Below are positions 12,623-24,965 of a DNA stretch of 55,754 nucleotides, piece by piece. Each line of letters opens with the position of its first letter. Within the stretch, counting starts at the first letter, position 1. The stretch covers positions 1 to 55,754 of the forward strand of contig JAXLNO010006171.1 of NCBI GenBank assembly GCA_038087875.1, read 5' to 3'. A program made the position numbers and the translations under genes. Below the pieces are notes generated by a model. It worked only from the letters and a program-made list of their open reading frames with translations. It did no database searches and was not told the DNA's origin. The stretch is from Malacoraja senta. Taxonomy: Eukaryota.

Positions 12623-12965
12623 ACCAAGAACTGGTGTGTTTTGAAAATAAATCTAACCATCCCCTTTTCAGGAGAGACAAAAAAGGGTTATTTTCTTTGC
12701 GATTGGCACCTGCATGCTGAGACCAAAAAATGTGTTTATAAAATGCTTTACAGCAGCCCATTTTGCATCTGCCAAACTATGGGGAGCAGGTGTTGCAATT
12801 TATATCAGATTCCTCATTTCAAAGCCAACTAAGGATTGCCGTTTCTGGAGCACCAAATGGCATGTTGTAGTTTAGAGCAAAGGGATAATTGTGATGGAGG
12901 GGTGAATACTATGATGTTTACATTTTACAGCTGAAAATCTTAACTTTCAATTCTATTTCTCAATA

Positions 12966-13340
12966 CAGTAAACCCTCCTTTTAACAGATCCCTTTGTAAT
13001 GAATTTTGATTATAGAAGACAGAGCTGTCTACGCCACCCGAAGCTCGCACCACCTCCTCTCTGCTTACAGCCCGGCTGCAAACGCCATGTCTGGCGCCCA
13101 AGGTGCACCAGTAACCTATGTTGAAGCGGCTGTTGTTGCAACTCGCGTTGTAGCCCCTGGCCATCAGCACTTTCATCAGGTCCCCACCACTGACATGACG
13201 CACCCGGTCACCGTGGGGCTCACTCCCCTCACACTCGGAGTTGCTTCTTCCATTGTTATGTCCACTCCGCACTTCCTCCTTTTCCGACACCTCCTCCTCC
13301 TCATCCCTTTGCTCTGTCCACTCGGCCTCTCCCCCCCCAT
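12966..13340 (+). mobile_element. Tc1/mariner (pogo/Tigger-like) non-autonomous element end
   Basis: TA|cagtaaaccctc terminus; sub-terminal acgccaccc...gctcgca...caaggtgcaccagt is shared in reverse with 30270-30368. Confidence 0.55.
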
Positions 13341-13473
13341 ATAATTAGTTAGTTACCTAATTATAGCTAATTACAAAATTGACCGTTGTGACGGAAATAG
13401 TAATAAACACCTAAACTGCCTTGAAAATTCAAAAATGTGATATTCTCAAGATCAGAACTTTAATATTATTGTA

Positions 13474-13861
13474 TTATATGCTGTAAGTCTGTAACAGATA
13501 GGTAAATAAATTACAATTTCTATCATAGACCAAGTCTTTATGGAGAAGATCAGTTGCTAGCTGGTACATTGGCATATCATAATCAGTAGCATCATCATAC
13601 TCCTCAGATTGTAACCAATAAGCAACTCTGTACACCTTGTTTTTCCTCAACTTTTCAATTTTGGCATTGTAAACTACAAGTTTTTGCTCTTCGAACCACG
13701 CATGACATGCCTTTCTGCCCTTACTTTCCCATTAAGAATGTCCTGTAGATCATCACAATTGGAGTAGTCCAAATTCGGATAATCTCTGCTTATGCTGTCT
13801 AAATCAGTCTCTTTTGCTGGGCATTTGGATTTACAATTTTGCACTTCTTCTTCGGAGACAT
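13474..13861 (-). pseudogene. Frameshifted terminal exon encoding a Spindlin/Tudor-like domain
   Basis: Acceptor ttttttttcctttacattttaaacag|, then (D)VSEEEVQNC...DLQDILNGKV, a frameshift at ~13721, then GRKACHAWFEEQKLVVYNAKIEKLRKNKVYRVAYWLQSEEYDDATDYDMPMYQLATDLLHKDLV...; resembles Spin/Ssty repeats (LVGKAVEH...MYQLLDDYKEGDL). Confidence 0.5.
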
Positions 13862-14299
13862 CTGTTTAAAATGTAAAGGAAAAAAAACACTGAACAGCAT
13901 TAACAGCAACAAGTTATTATTTGCCGTTTTAGAAAAAAGGTAGAAATTATAAAGTTAAATGCTAAAACAAATAGTAAATACCCAACAAAAAAATCATATT
14001 CATCAGTTTCATCAAATCAATTAAATTCATCTATTCAATCTAAATTCATCTAAATTCAATTACTAGATCTAAACATCTATCGATTTCTTAAGAAAAGGCT
14101 AAATTTTTTAAATAGCCTAAGTATCCAAATAACAAACTAATCCCATTCACACACAAATTCACAATATAACATGATTTTTAAATCTCACTGACATGAACTT
14201 ATGCCAAATGGAAGGGATTTAATGTTTAATTCCCATAAATTAATCTAGAAACTTCCACTCTCCATATAATCAAAATTATTATTTTTTTGCACAATACGT

Positions 14300-14447
14300 G
14301 ACCTCTTAAAAATAGCGGAGTCAGGGGATATGGGGAGAAGGCAGGAAGGGGGTACTGATTGTGGATGATCAGCCATGATCACATTGAATGGCGGTGCTGG
14401 CTCGAAGGGCCAAATGGCCTGCTCCTGCACCTATTATCTATTGACTA
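14300..14447 (+). mobile_element. CR1 3' end (5'-truncated)
   Basis: ggatatggggagaaggcagg...gatcagccatgatcacattgaatggcggtgctggctcgaagggcc...cctgcacctatt; same tail as 47700-47812 and 50738-50870. Confidence 0.85.
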
Positions 14448-17379
14448 AAACTGTTGTGTATATTTAGTATAAAAATATTAATTATGGATAGACAATTACA
14501 CAAAATATAGACGATTTAGATGCTCTTATGACATGATTGTCCAAAAAAAAAAGAGAATTTTTATCATCTTGCGAGTGGGTGTTTCTGGAATGCGATCGAT
14601 TGGAACGTTGCCGTTAATTTTAACCCCATATCGGCAGGCAAGACACGGCCGAATCGTTTGGGGACTAAATAACATTTTCGCATCGTAAAATTAGACTAAA
14701 GCCACCCCAAGAAGCAAGATTATATGTGAAATAAACGACTTACCCTTTGTTTTGTCCTGATATTACGATCCGTCACGTTGAAGGCGTTGAGGGTGTTCGA
14801 AGTCACTTTTTACTTTAATCCAACTATTAAATTGTCCAGCGATTTATATATATTTTTAAAAAAACGGGATCGGAAGTCCGATCGATTTTTCTTCATCGAC
14901 TAGCAGCCCAAGGAAATCACTCTCCGACAAGCGATACAAACCTGCATTTTAATCCCGCTCCCCCCCTCAAAGGCGCCGGAGTCGCACACACAGCCAGTGG
15001 CAGACCTGCAGCGCCGCTGAAGGTAGGTTTTGTAACATCGCTACTTATTGAGTGAGAGGCAGAGTTGAAGGGACCAAGACGTCCATTCCCGCTTACATTT
15101 CCTTATGTTCCTGTTGTCATCTGTCCAAATATCTTTAATATCTGTTATATAAAACCCAAATAAGACATCAGCCTCTTGAGAGTAAATTAGTAGAATTATT
15201 AATGAACAGAATTTGTGTTAGTGCAAAGGCTTATTTATGTATGGGGATAGGTGTTAATGTGTTTATAAATACTGTAGAATGGAAGGAATGACAGAAGAAA
15301 TGTATCACTCTGAATTGAACCACAAAAAAAAAGTCTAAACTGTTGCTTTAGAGAAATGTTTTAACTTGGGAAGGGGTTAACTTAAGTTGACACACACAAT
15401 GCAACCTCTTGGGATTGGGTATTATCGCAGGGGGTGTTAGCGTGATTCAAGGTAATTTCATTGTATTGCCTTTTTTTCAAGTATATTGTTCAGATGCAGA
15501 GTAGATTTTTGTCATATGCACGAGGGTGCAATGAAATTCCTTGTTCACATGAAGCCTGCAGACTAAAAGGTAAACATAGAGCAATATTGTTCTTCCACAT
15601 ATAATTGGTTAAGAACCAAATTAATGAAATACATCTTAAATTGCACCGTAACATTTTACTTGATTTACAGTATGAAATTACACTATTGAGTATTGTGAAC
15701 CATGCTAATTTCTCGTAATATGATGCCAGATGACTATGCGGGTCATTGTGGTTCCCCAGCAACATGGAGCAGAAAGAAATCTAATGCCCTGAAGGTGTAT
15801 ACTTGCCATGTTAAACTGCTGTTGAACATTCTATCGTGCAAGTTTAATTGCATGGTGTGATTATTATATGTTGGTGTAGATTCTGTTTCAACAGTTAGCT
15901 TTAGATTCTGAAGCAGTTATTCATGTGGCAATGTTGAAGTAGTGTATTCAGCAACTGAAATTTGTTTGGGGGTGAGGGGAAATCGTTTATAAGCAATTTA
16001 GAAAAAGACTCCATCTTAAACTCACAGATTTTATTTTTAATAATTTTGCAGTGATTTTTAGGTCATGGCTATCTGGGATGACTGCTCAAGTTTCCAGACT
16101 GACTGCGGTGCAGTAGGCGTCTGCCCCATACCATCTGGTTAAGGAATTGGCAAAGGTCCTGATTGTTTCAAGATGTGGATGAAACATTTCCTTATATGGC
16201 AGAAACAATCTCTTGCAAAGCAGGATTTGAGTAAAGCAAATTGTTAAATGTCTATATCGTCTCTGTCCTGCAAACTCCCACTGATTTCCTGCAGTGTAGG
16301 AATGTATTTGTACCCACAACTATCCTATGATTCTGTGTTCTATTTAATATTTCGCTCAGTGGTGTCCAGATCATCAAAAAGAAAAACAGCATAGGTTGTG
16401 CAGATAACCTTGCCATTGAGACCTTTTGTGTGCAGTTATTGCACTTGATGAAGAGACTGATTTTAAGAATGATCAGATTTAAGATACAAGAACAGGATTT
16501 TTCTGATAAATTATCAAAGGCACTGAATTATCAGCATTGGGAGGGACATTAAGGAATAGAACGTTAATAATCTAGCTCTGAAAAATCACTTTTGCTCACT
16601 CTCTGTTAAGCCCCCTGATATTGGGCTATACTTTTATACTTATAACATTAGCAAATTTTCTGACTGCTAATGTTCCCACTTTAGAGCTGGTAAATTTTCT
16701 ATTTATTTCCAGAAAATGAAGGTTGTACATTTCCATTTGGAAGGTATAATTGTGGCCTAATTTATAAAATCAAACAAAACAGGCTTAAACATAAAAATGC
16801 TCTTGATTAAACAAACTGTAGATCAAAATTGATGTGAGTTCAGATTATATTTTATGATAGTCTTTTACATTTAAGGATATGTTCAGAATGAAGCCATGAC
16901 ATTCTGCACTGACCTTTACAATGTCTCACTTTAATAAAGGGTTCTCACCAAATTGAGATAAATCATTGAATGAACATAAAAGGAATCACACCAACTAGTT
17001 TTACCGTGTGGCTCAATGTTTTGTGGCACAATAACAACACCAGATAGCGTATGCTGAACAGATTTGCAGGTCAAAACTGGACATCGTAAGATACAATGAA
17101 ACGTAACAAATGCACATCATCTCAATCTGTAAGCACCTAACTTGACCGGTTTCTCCTAGTATCATCATAACTATCAAACCAGGGAATCAACTTCTGTTCA
17201 GTTGGAGTACAGGAGGCATGCCAGTAGTTGCATCAGGCATGCATAAAAATAAGTGAAGCCACAGCACAGAATTACATATGAGATATACACCATTCAAAAA
17301 GAAAGCCAAGTGATCTCTTAACCAATGAATCAAAGCTCTACAATTGTGTTTCATCAGGTCTTGAATGATGGTGAAAAAT

Positions 17380-18630
17380 CAGAATTTTGGAAGTGAAAGA
17401 AGGTGCATTAAGAATATCATCAACAGTGGTGAGGCCCAGCATGTGAATCCTAAAATCGGGACTGAAATATTCACAGCTGTGATCATCCCTGCTGTAATAC
17501 TGAGACTTGCACTCAGAACTCGGTGTGCTTCCAACCAAGTGGTTCCAATACAATTACAACTCTGGCATCAACCCAATAAAGTGAAACATTGGCTGGGCAT
17601 GACCTGTTCACAAACAAGACTGGCTAATACCACTCAATTAGTGTCCACTCAGTCATTAACGGAATGATGGGTGGTGCCATTGAAACCACTATCAAGCAGC
17701 ACTTTTTTGCTAATTGACCAGCTTAAGTGTGCAGTTCACTAGAACCACTCCAGATCTCATTGCAACCTTGGCCAAACATGGACCAAAGAGTTGAATTCTA
17801 GAAGTGAGTTAAGAGTGGCTACTTTTGATATTATGATGGCATGTGACTGAGTGTGGATCAAGGAAGTCTAACACAACTATTATCGATGGACATGAATGGG
17901 AAACCATTCCGGTGGTTGGAGTCCTCCTCTGTTCAAAGGAACATGGTTTGGTTGTTTGAAGTCAATTATCCTGCCCCAGGACATCGGGAGTTAAACAGGG
18001 TGAGTTGTCGTCCTTGCTAGTCTCAGTTGCTCTGGCAAATTCCTTCCTTCATAGATTAGAAATGGGAAGATTTACTGATGATTGAACAATGTTCAGATGC
18101 ATTCACAACTTCTCAATAGGTGAAATGGCCAATATCTGTTCATAAGACTTGGGCAACATTAAGGTATAGGCTGATAAGTGGCAAGTAACATTCGTACCAC
18201 AGATGTGGTAGGCAATGACAATTGCCAACATGGAAAAGTCTAACTACCTGTATTTGACAGTCAGTTGAACTGCTGTTGCTTACGCTCCCATTATCAATGA
18301 CCTTGGGTCACCGCAACTGGGTCAACCATATAAATATTGTGGCTACAAGAAAAGGTCAGAAGCTTCGTGACTTGCTTCATGACAGCCACAAAGCCATCAC
18401 CGCAGGTTCACCTCCCAAGTCATGCATCAACCCCATCTGGAAACAAAATGTAATTTCTTCATAATTATCGACATCTTGGAACACACTATGCACTGTACTG
18501 CGAGAGTACCTTCACTGAAAGGATTGCAGTGGTTGAATAAGGTGGCTTGCATTCATCTTTTCCAAGGTAATAAGGGATGGATAATCACTGTACTGTCCCA
18601 CAATGTTTTTGGAACGTAAATAAATAAATA
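17380..18630 (+). mobile_element. Ancient CR1/L2-group LINE remnant (RT to 3' end)
   Basis: Degenerate reading: IPAVIL...LFQYxYNSGI...TWTKELNSR...VWxQG...WLES...GVxQG...FTDD...WADKWQVTF; related 3' end at ~31490-31690. Confidence 0.6.
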
Positions 18631-18737
18631 CTTGACCTTCAATACTCAAGGCGTCTCCTTGTTACTCCCAATTGCACTTCTGAAACCAAGGGCGGGAAGT
18701 TGTCTCATTTTGCACTTGGACAGTTACTGGGCATTCA

Positions 18738-20473
18738 TGTGTGGTGACGCAGAGGTCTATAAGAAGTCCAGAGATATGATCTTGACAAGGCCATCAAAAA
18801 GGCCAAAAGGGACTTTCAAGCTGGAGGATGAGGCGGATGTTCGGCTACTATGGCAGGGTTTGAATGCCATCACCTCCTACAAGGTGAAATCAGGAGGCAA
18901 CTCAAGCGACAGTGAAGCATCAATCCCTGATGAGTTCAATGCGTTCAACGCATGCTTTGATAGGAAGAACACTGATGTTCCTTCCCAAGCCCCCATACGC
19001 CCTGATGGTATTACAGTCACAGTCACAGAGGCCAAAGTCAGAATATCCTTTTGGGGAGTGAACCCTCGGAAAGCGTCTGGACGTGATGGTATACCCGGTC
19101 GAGTTCTTAAAACCTGTGCAGACCAACTGGCTGGAGTTTTTGCGGACATTTTCAACCTTTCGTTACTGAGGTCTGAGTTTTCCCACCTGCTTTAAGAGGG
19201 CATTAATAACAGGTGCCCAAGAAGAGTAAGGTGATGTGCCTCAATGATTATCGACCAGTGGCACTATGTCCGTGGTGATGAAGTGCTTTGAGAGGTTGGT
19301 TATGGTGCATATTAACTCCAACCTCAACAAGAACCTCGACCCACTATAGTTTGCCTACCATCACAACAGGTCAACGGAGGATGTCATCTCACTGGCTCTC
19401 CACTCTGCACTGGACCACTTGGCCAATAAAAACACTTACGTCAGGCTGTTGTTTATAGACTATAGCTCGGCATTCAATACCATCATCCCCTCTAGTTGGT
19501 TACCAAGCTCATGGAACTGGGTCACTGCGCATCCCTCTGCAATTGGATCCTCGACTTCCTCATCCACAGATCACAGTCTGTCGAATTGGCAGAAACAGTT
19601 CTTCCTCATTAACAATCAGCTGAAGGTTGCGTGCTCAGCCCCCTGCTCCACTCATTCTATACTCATGACTACAGCCAGACCCAGTGCGAACTCCATCTTC
19701 AAGTTCGCCGACGACACCACCGCTGTTGGACGAATTAAAGATGGGGATGAGTCAGAGTACAGAAGTGAGATCAACCGATTGACCAAATGGTGCACACGAA
19801 TGCAATTATAAAGAAAGCAAATCAACGGCTCTACTTCCTGAGAAGATTACGCGGATTTTGTATGACAGAGAGGATTCTCTTGAACTTCTACGGGTGTACA
19901 GTAGAAAGCATATTGACTGGTTGCATCACGGCCTTGGTTCAGCAACTTGAATGCCCAAGAGCGAATAAGACTGCAAAAAGTTGTGAACACTGCCCAGTCC
20001 ATTACCGGCTCTGATCCCACCATCGATGGGATTTACCAGAATCGCTGCCTCAAAAAGGCAGCCAGTATCATCAGAGACCCACACCACCCTGGCCACACAC
20101 TCATTTCACTCCTGCCATCGGGAAAAGGGTATAGGAGCCTGAAAACTGTAACGCCCAGGTTCAGGAACAGCTTCTTCCCTACAGCCATCAGACTATTAAA
20201 CACTACAACCTCAAATAAGCTCTGAACTACAATAGATTATTATTGTTATTATTGCACTACTATTGTTTGTTTTTTGTGTGTATGTATGTGTGCGTGTGTA
20301 TGTATATATATCTATATATGTAAGTATGCATATACACACTGAACTTTTTCTCTCTCGTATATTATATTGTTTACAGTGTATTATGTTTACATATTCTGTT
20401 GAGCTGCAGCAAGTAAGAATTTCGTTGTTCTATCTGGGACATATGACAATAAAACACTCTTGACTGTTGACTC
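18738..20473 (+). mobile_element. Rex1/Babar LINE, 5'-truncated and internally deleted, intact 3' tail
   Basis: [76 protein letters not shown]; tail aagaatttcgttgttc...atgacaataaaacactcttgactgttgact. Confidence 0.9.
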
Positions 20474-20612
20474 AAGTTTCCCTGAGAGCTGACTGTAGCC
20501 CCTGCTACTTATTACCTCTTGCAATCTATCGGCAACGTGTGATATTCATCATTTTTCACATGTGGACAGCTGATCATTTCCAGCTGTCTTCACTGTCACT
20601 TCTAAAACAGAC

Positions 20613-20845
20613 AAATGTTTTTTTACGCAGAGAGTGGTGACTGGTTGCAACTCCCTGCCGGGGATGGTTGTGGAAGCAGATATGATAGTCTCATTTAAGA
20701 GGCTTTTAGATAGGCACATAATATGCAGGAAATGGAGGGATGTGGATCAAGTGTAGGCAGGGGAGATTAGTTTAACGGCATGATGTTAGGCACAGACATT
20801 ATGGGCCAAAGGGCCTGTTCCTGTGTTGTACAACTCTATGCTCTA
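20613..20845 (+). mobile_element. CR1 3' end
   Basis: FFTQRVVxxxNSLP...FKRLLDRH coding tail plus 3' UTR atgggccaaagggcctgttcctgtg. Confidence 0.75.
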
Positions 20846-21019
20846 CAAATGCAGGATATGGAGAGTCAGGCAGATAAGTATAAATGACGCCAACAATTTA
20901 ATCAGCTGTCATGTTATTGAATGGCAGAGCAAGCTTGGGATTTTGGCTTACTCTTGTGTTCTAATGTTTTCTACACAAGTTAGTTAAGTGCACAATGCCA
21001 ACTTAAGGTACTCTTATGC

Positions 21020-21390
21020 TCTTACGGTCAGGTCGGGGGGAGTTCACCCCTGCCACGGGATACATGTGCTACCTGCTCCATGGTCGGATAGTTGGCGACT
21101 AAACCGTCTCCCCCACCTGGTTTGCCAGGTGAGGAGGGGGCTATGGACCCCCAGCAGGACCAAAAACAAGACCTGTCAAAGGGTGGATGAGCTCCTAGCG
21201 AACCAACAGCCATCCACACTTCAGTAGAAGTTGCGATCACTGTCGTACATAGGATTGTAAGGAATGATGATAAAGCACACACACCAAAATCCTATGGAGG
21301 ACAGAGATGTGTGGTGCGTCCGTCACCGTGCCCATCGGAAACCAGCACCACCGCGTTGCTAATGTTTTCAACGATAATAATAAATAATAA
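21020..21390 (+). mobile_element. Short structured non-autonomous retroposon, probably a bipartite RTE/RTEX-type (5' UTR plus 3' end)
   Basis: GC-rich hairpinned head; 3' part atggaggacagagatgtgtgg (MEDRDVW, like RTE-clade C-termini); (taa)n tail. Confidence 0.45.
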
Positions 21391-21654
21391 AATATGCTAT
21401 GAACCAGATTTTGCTGCCTGTGTTAAACTATCTAATTTGTTGCTACCTGTGATGCTGAGTTGTATTCATCCATCACCTCTGGACTTATTAATTTTGATTC
21501 CTCGTTAAGCTTCTGCCAGCCCTTTTTTCCCCTCCTGGTTTTGAGTTTTCTTTGTAGTCCCATCCCACCCAATCTCTGAAACCTCTTCTGGTCTTATTCT
21601 GGCTCTTAATTGACCCTAAATTTAATACCCTTGGCGGCTGTGCCTTCAGTTGCA

Positions 21655-21760
21655 ATTTTTTTTTTCCAAAATGAACTTTATTCGAGAAATAAACAGATAC
21701 AAAACATGATCCTTACAAAACTCCATCCGACATTCTCGGAGGATGTACATACAATACAGT
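21655..21760 (-). mobile_element. Poly(A)-tailed L1/Tx1-type 3' fragment inserted in an old L2-like tail
   Basis: T11 run and ctttatt (AATAAA on the minus strand); flanks resemble the L2 3' end (ttggcggctgtgccttcag). Confidence 0.5.
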
Positions 21761-22399
21761 TTCTCTGAACTGCTATCTTTACTTCTTTTCATCTTTTTGA
21801 ATCTTTTGAAACTTGCCTCTTTAACTAAGGTTCCGTCATCTACCTTTAGGCTACTTGTGGCTTGTTGAATTCAGGTTCCCAGACAGTTAATTGTAGAATG
21901 CATGCAATTGGTTCCTTGTAAGACTTCACTCATACAGAAGTCACACTTGCACATTCCTTAATGAGCTCACTTTCTGAACTTGGTCCAGAATATTTAAACA
22001 AGAAGGTACACATATTTATTACATTCCCTTTAATGCAATTAAAACTAATTGGAGTAAGTTGTATACATGTCATATTTCATTTGATAAAGTACCAAATGAG
22101 TGGAGCTGATGGTTTGCAGAAATACAAATTCCTTTTATCCTTGTGATATTCATACCATCCTCACCTGCACTCTGCTCAACTCCATATATTGGTCTTGAAC
22201 TTAGAATCTTGAAACTTGACTCGGAAGACAGCACAGCCAATTATTTGAAACAATTTGATCAGAAAACTGCTGGTCTCTGCCACAAAGTAAAATCATTACA
22301 CAAGCAGTCATAGACGTTGTGCGAACTGCTTCATTATGTGGGGAGGAGTTTTCATATAATGTGCACCCCAATCCGAATTCAGCATGTTTTTCTTTCTCC

Positions 22400-22700
22400 A
22401 AGGATTTTAAAACAAGTAATGTTCCAGGCGATTCCATCCCATTTCTTTGAAACTGATTGGGAAAAGTCAAGATTGTAAAAAAGGAAATATGGTGCGACAT
22501 CAATATGATGCCACTCGATATTCCTCTATCCCTACCCTTTCAGCATTCCAACAGCACTGTTCCGCTGTGATTCTCTGGTTCACTTCCATCCCCACGAATA
22601 CAGGTCCTCTCATGACATCTGCCAAGCCTTTTGAGGTCTTGATTAATGTGGAAGCAGGTTTCAGACTTTATTTGGAGGTTTGGGTTTTCACACAGCGAAT
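22400..22700 (+). mobile_element. Highly degenerate Penelope-like ORF remnant (RT to GIY-YIG linker)
   Basis: RHQYDAT...PTLSAFQQHCSxxDSLVH-like reading, resembling PLE linker motifs. Confidence 0.4.
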
Positions 22701-24965
22701 TATAATAGGAGTGGAACCATTTATTACTTGCTCACTGGGGCTATGAAAGAGTTTTGCACTTTTCCAGTGTGGCACAATTTTCTATTTAAAAAATGAAACT
22801 TTGCTTCTGTTTATTATTTACATTTGGACTGGGGACATTAAATGCTGTTTTTTTTTGGTAATCTTGAAGGAAATGTTGAGCCATTACAATTCATGTGATG
22901 GAGGTACTCCATGATTTCCATGATTTTTGACACTGCTAACTGCCACTGCCATTTGCAATTTGACACTGCATATGTTTCCAAGACAGGATATTGTGCAACT
23001 GAGAGGGGAATTTGTAAATTGAGAAATTCTTGCTGCAATGATGGGGACAGAGTGGTCAAATGCTACCTTGATCAATCATGTCTCCCCTTGAATATTTGAA
23101 CCTTTTTTCCAAATTTGGTCCAGGGTTGTACAAGATTAGTAGTATAGTGATTCTGAAAGCTTTCAAACTGATTCTCAGTCACTGCAGTATTAGTAAGTAC
23201 TGTTTTTTTGCACTTTCAGTGTTGCCATCTTTAGCTTCTCTTCATGAGATTGAACCAAACTATAATTCAACAAATTGTCTTTGCTTTTTTTTTTTAACAG
23301 GTACTACATCCCTGTGTGTTTTTTTTAAACATAATTGGTTAGGTGATGTTGTACTGGAGGAGCTTGGCTGGATGTGCAGTTCATTCTGGAGCACACCTTT
23401 AGCCAAGACGTCGTTTGGTCAGTGTCTCATTGCATCTTGTTTATGAAGCATTTCTTGGTAACACATGGAGTGAAATGGATGAGCTAAAGTCATGATGTTG
23501 TTATAGTTGAGAACTTACGAGGAAGCTAAGATGTTGTTAAAAGTCACCTGAGTTCCTGCACAGTATTTCTAACTGAAGATAGTTGCAAGCACTCGATCCT
23601 TGTGGTTGAGTCTGATTGTCATTGTGTTCATTCATTTGCCCAAAATTATTAATGACTGGATGTTGCGGGAGTGTATAACTTTGATCAGACCTACAAATTA
23701 TATAATTATTTAGCCCTGTCAGAATCATGTTGATCCTGCAATTTTGCATTCGCGTTGTCCATTGTTATTGTAACATGAGGTTAATACTTATTAAGTATTT
23801 TCAGACACCTCATCATTCATACTTATGAAAACTAAAGATGAATTAACAAATGGCTGTGTCTCTGAAAAGCATCGAGCAAACACATGAAATAAGGATAATT
23901 TCTTACAACTGTTTCTTTGGTAAATCAAGCAGGGGATGAAATGGTACCTTTGCAATGGGAACACGGCTTGAGATTTAAAAAAATAATCGGATACTTGCTG
24001 AACCTATTTACTGATTCTTCTGTTTCCTTATCTTTGACTAAACTAGATTATAATTATAGTATTACTTAAATTCATGAAAGGATTAATGGAATAGCTGCAC
24101 ACAGATGGAATTTGATTTATACTTAGTATTTCCCAGCTGGGGAGTTCAAAACAGAAGTAGATTCAATCTTCTATTCTGTGCATTGTATAAATCGGGGGTT
24201 GTGCCTGTGCTTTGAATTGTATTTCCTCTTCAAAACTCATTGCAGTCCATAGGTACCAGATGACAGCTGCGTACTTTCAACTGTGGCTGTGCTTCATATG
24301 TCACCTTTGATCATTCTGGCTGGTCATTTGATCAGAGAGGCCAGATTACTTAGATGTAAATATGCTGAATTGTGGAGGTACTGGAGAGCTGACATTTTTT
24401 ATTTCTTTAAGACAAGTATGGTAGGAAGATTTCATTGTCAGTTGCTATCCAAGTTGAAATTAGGGCTGTTCAAATGGGATTTTTGAGTCACGTCAGAAAA
24501 TCTGATAGGACTTTAAAATGTTAAGTGTACTATTGAATTTACTTTGTAGAAATTGAAAAATTACTCATGCTCTTTTTCCTTTTCTAATAGCGTACAAGAG
24601 CAGCTCTGCAGTGATTCTTTAAACTTACTAAATTGCTTTTTTTCTAAAGGTCAGATTGACTTTTCAAGAAAAAGCCAAGAAAAGTTCAAGATAATCAATC
24701 TCAATATTTAATTCTAATTCTCTATAACAATAAGCAACTTTATGATTTTTGGTTCATCCTGTTGGTGACGATTTTGAATAACAATTTAAGCCAGCTTTGC
24801 TGAGCTTTTAAAAATTTACAAAGCTGTAAATGAACCGAACAGTGAAATAATATAGTTTGGTTAATTTTATCTGAATAGAGGACAGAACAAAGTATATTGC
24901 ACAATAGTGACCACATTCAAGAGTTCTTTGTTGCCTTGGTATGCTTTGAGATGTTCTGAAAGCAA

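Larger units (their letters stand above)
13340..15047 (-). mobile_element. Unclassified DNA-transposon-like segment carrying a decayed terminal exon; CR1 3' end inserted at ~14300-14447
   Basis: CpG-retaining terminal region ending ...ttttgtaacatcgctactta; internal AT-rich region with a coding-like exon; other terminus not found. Confidence 0.45.
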
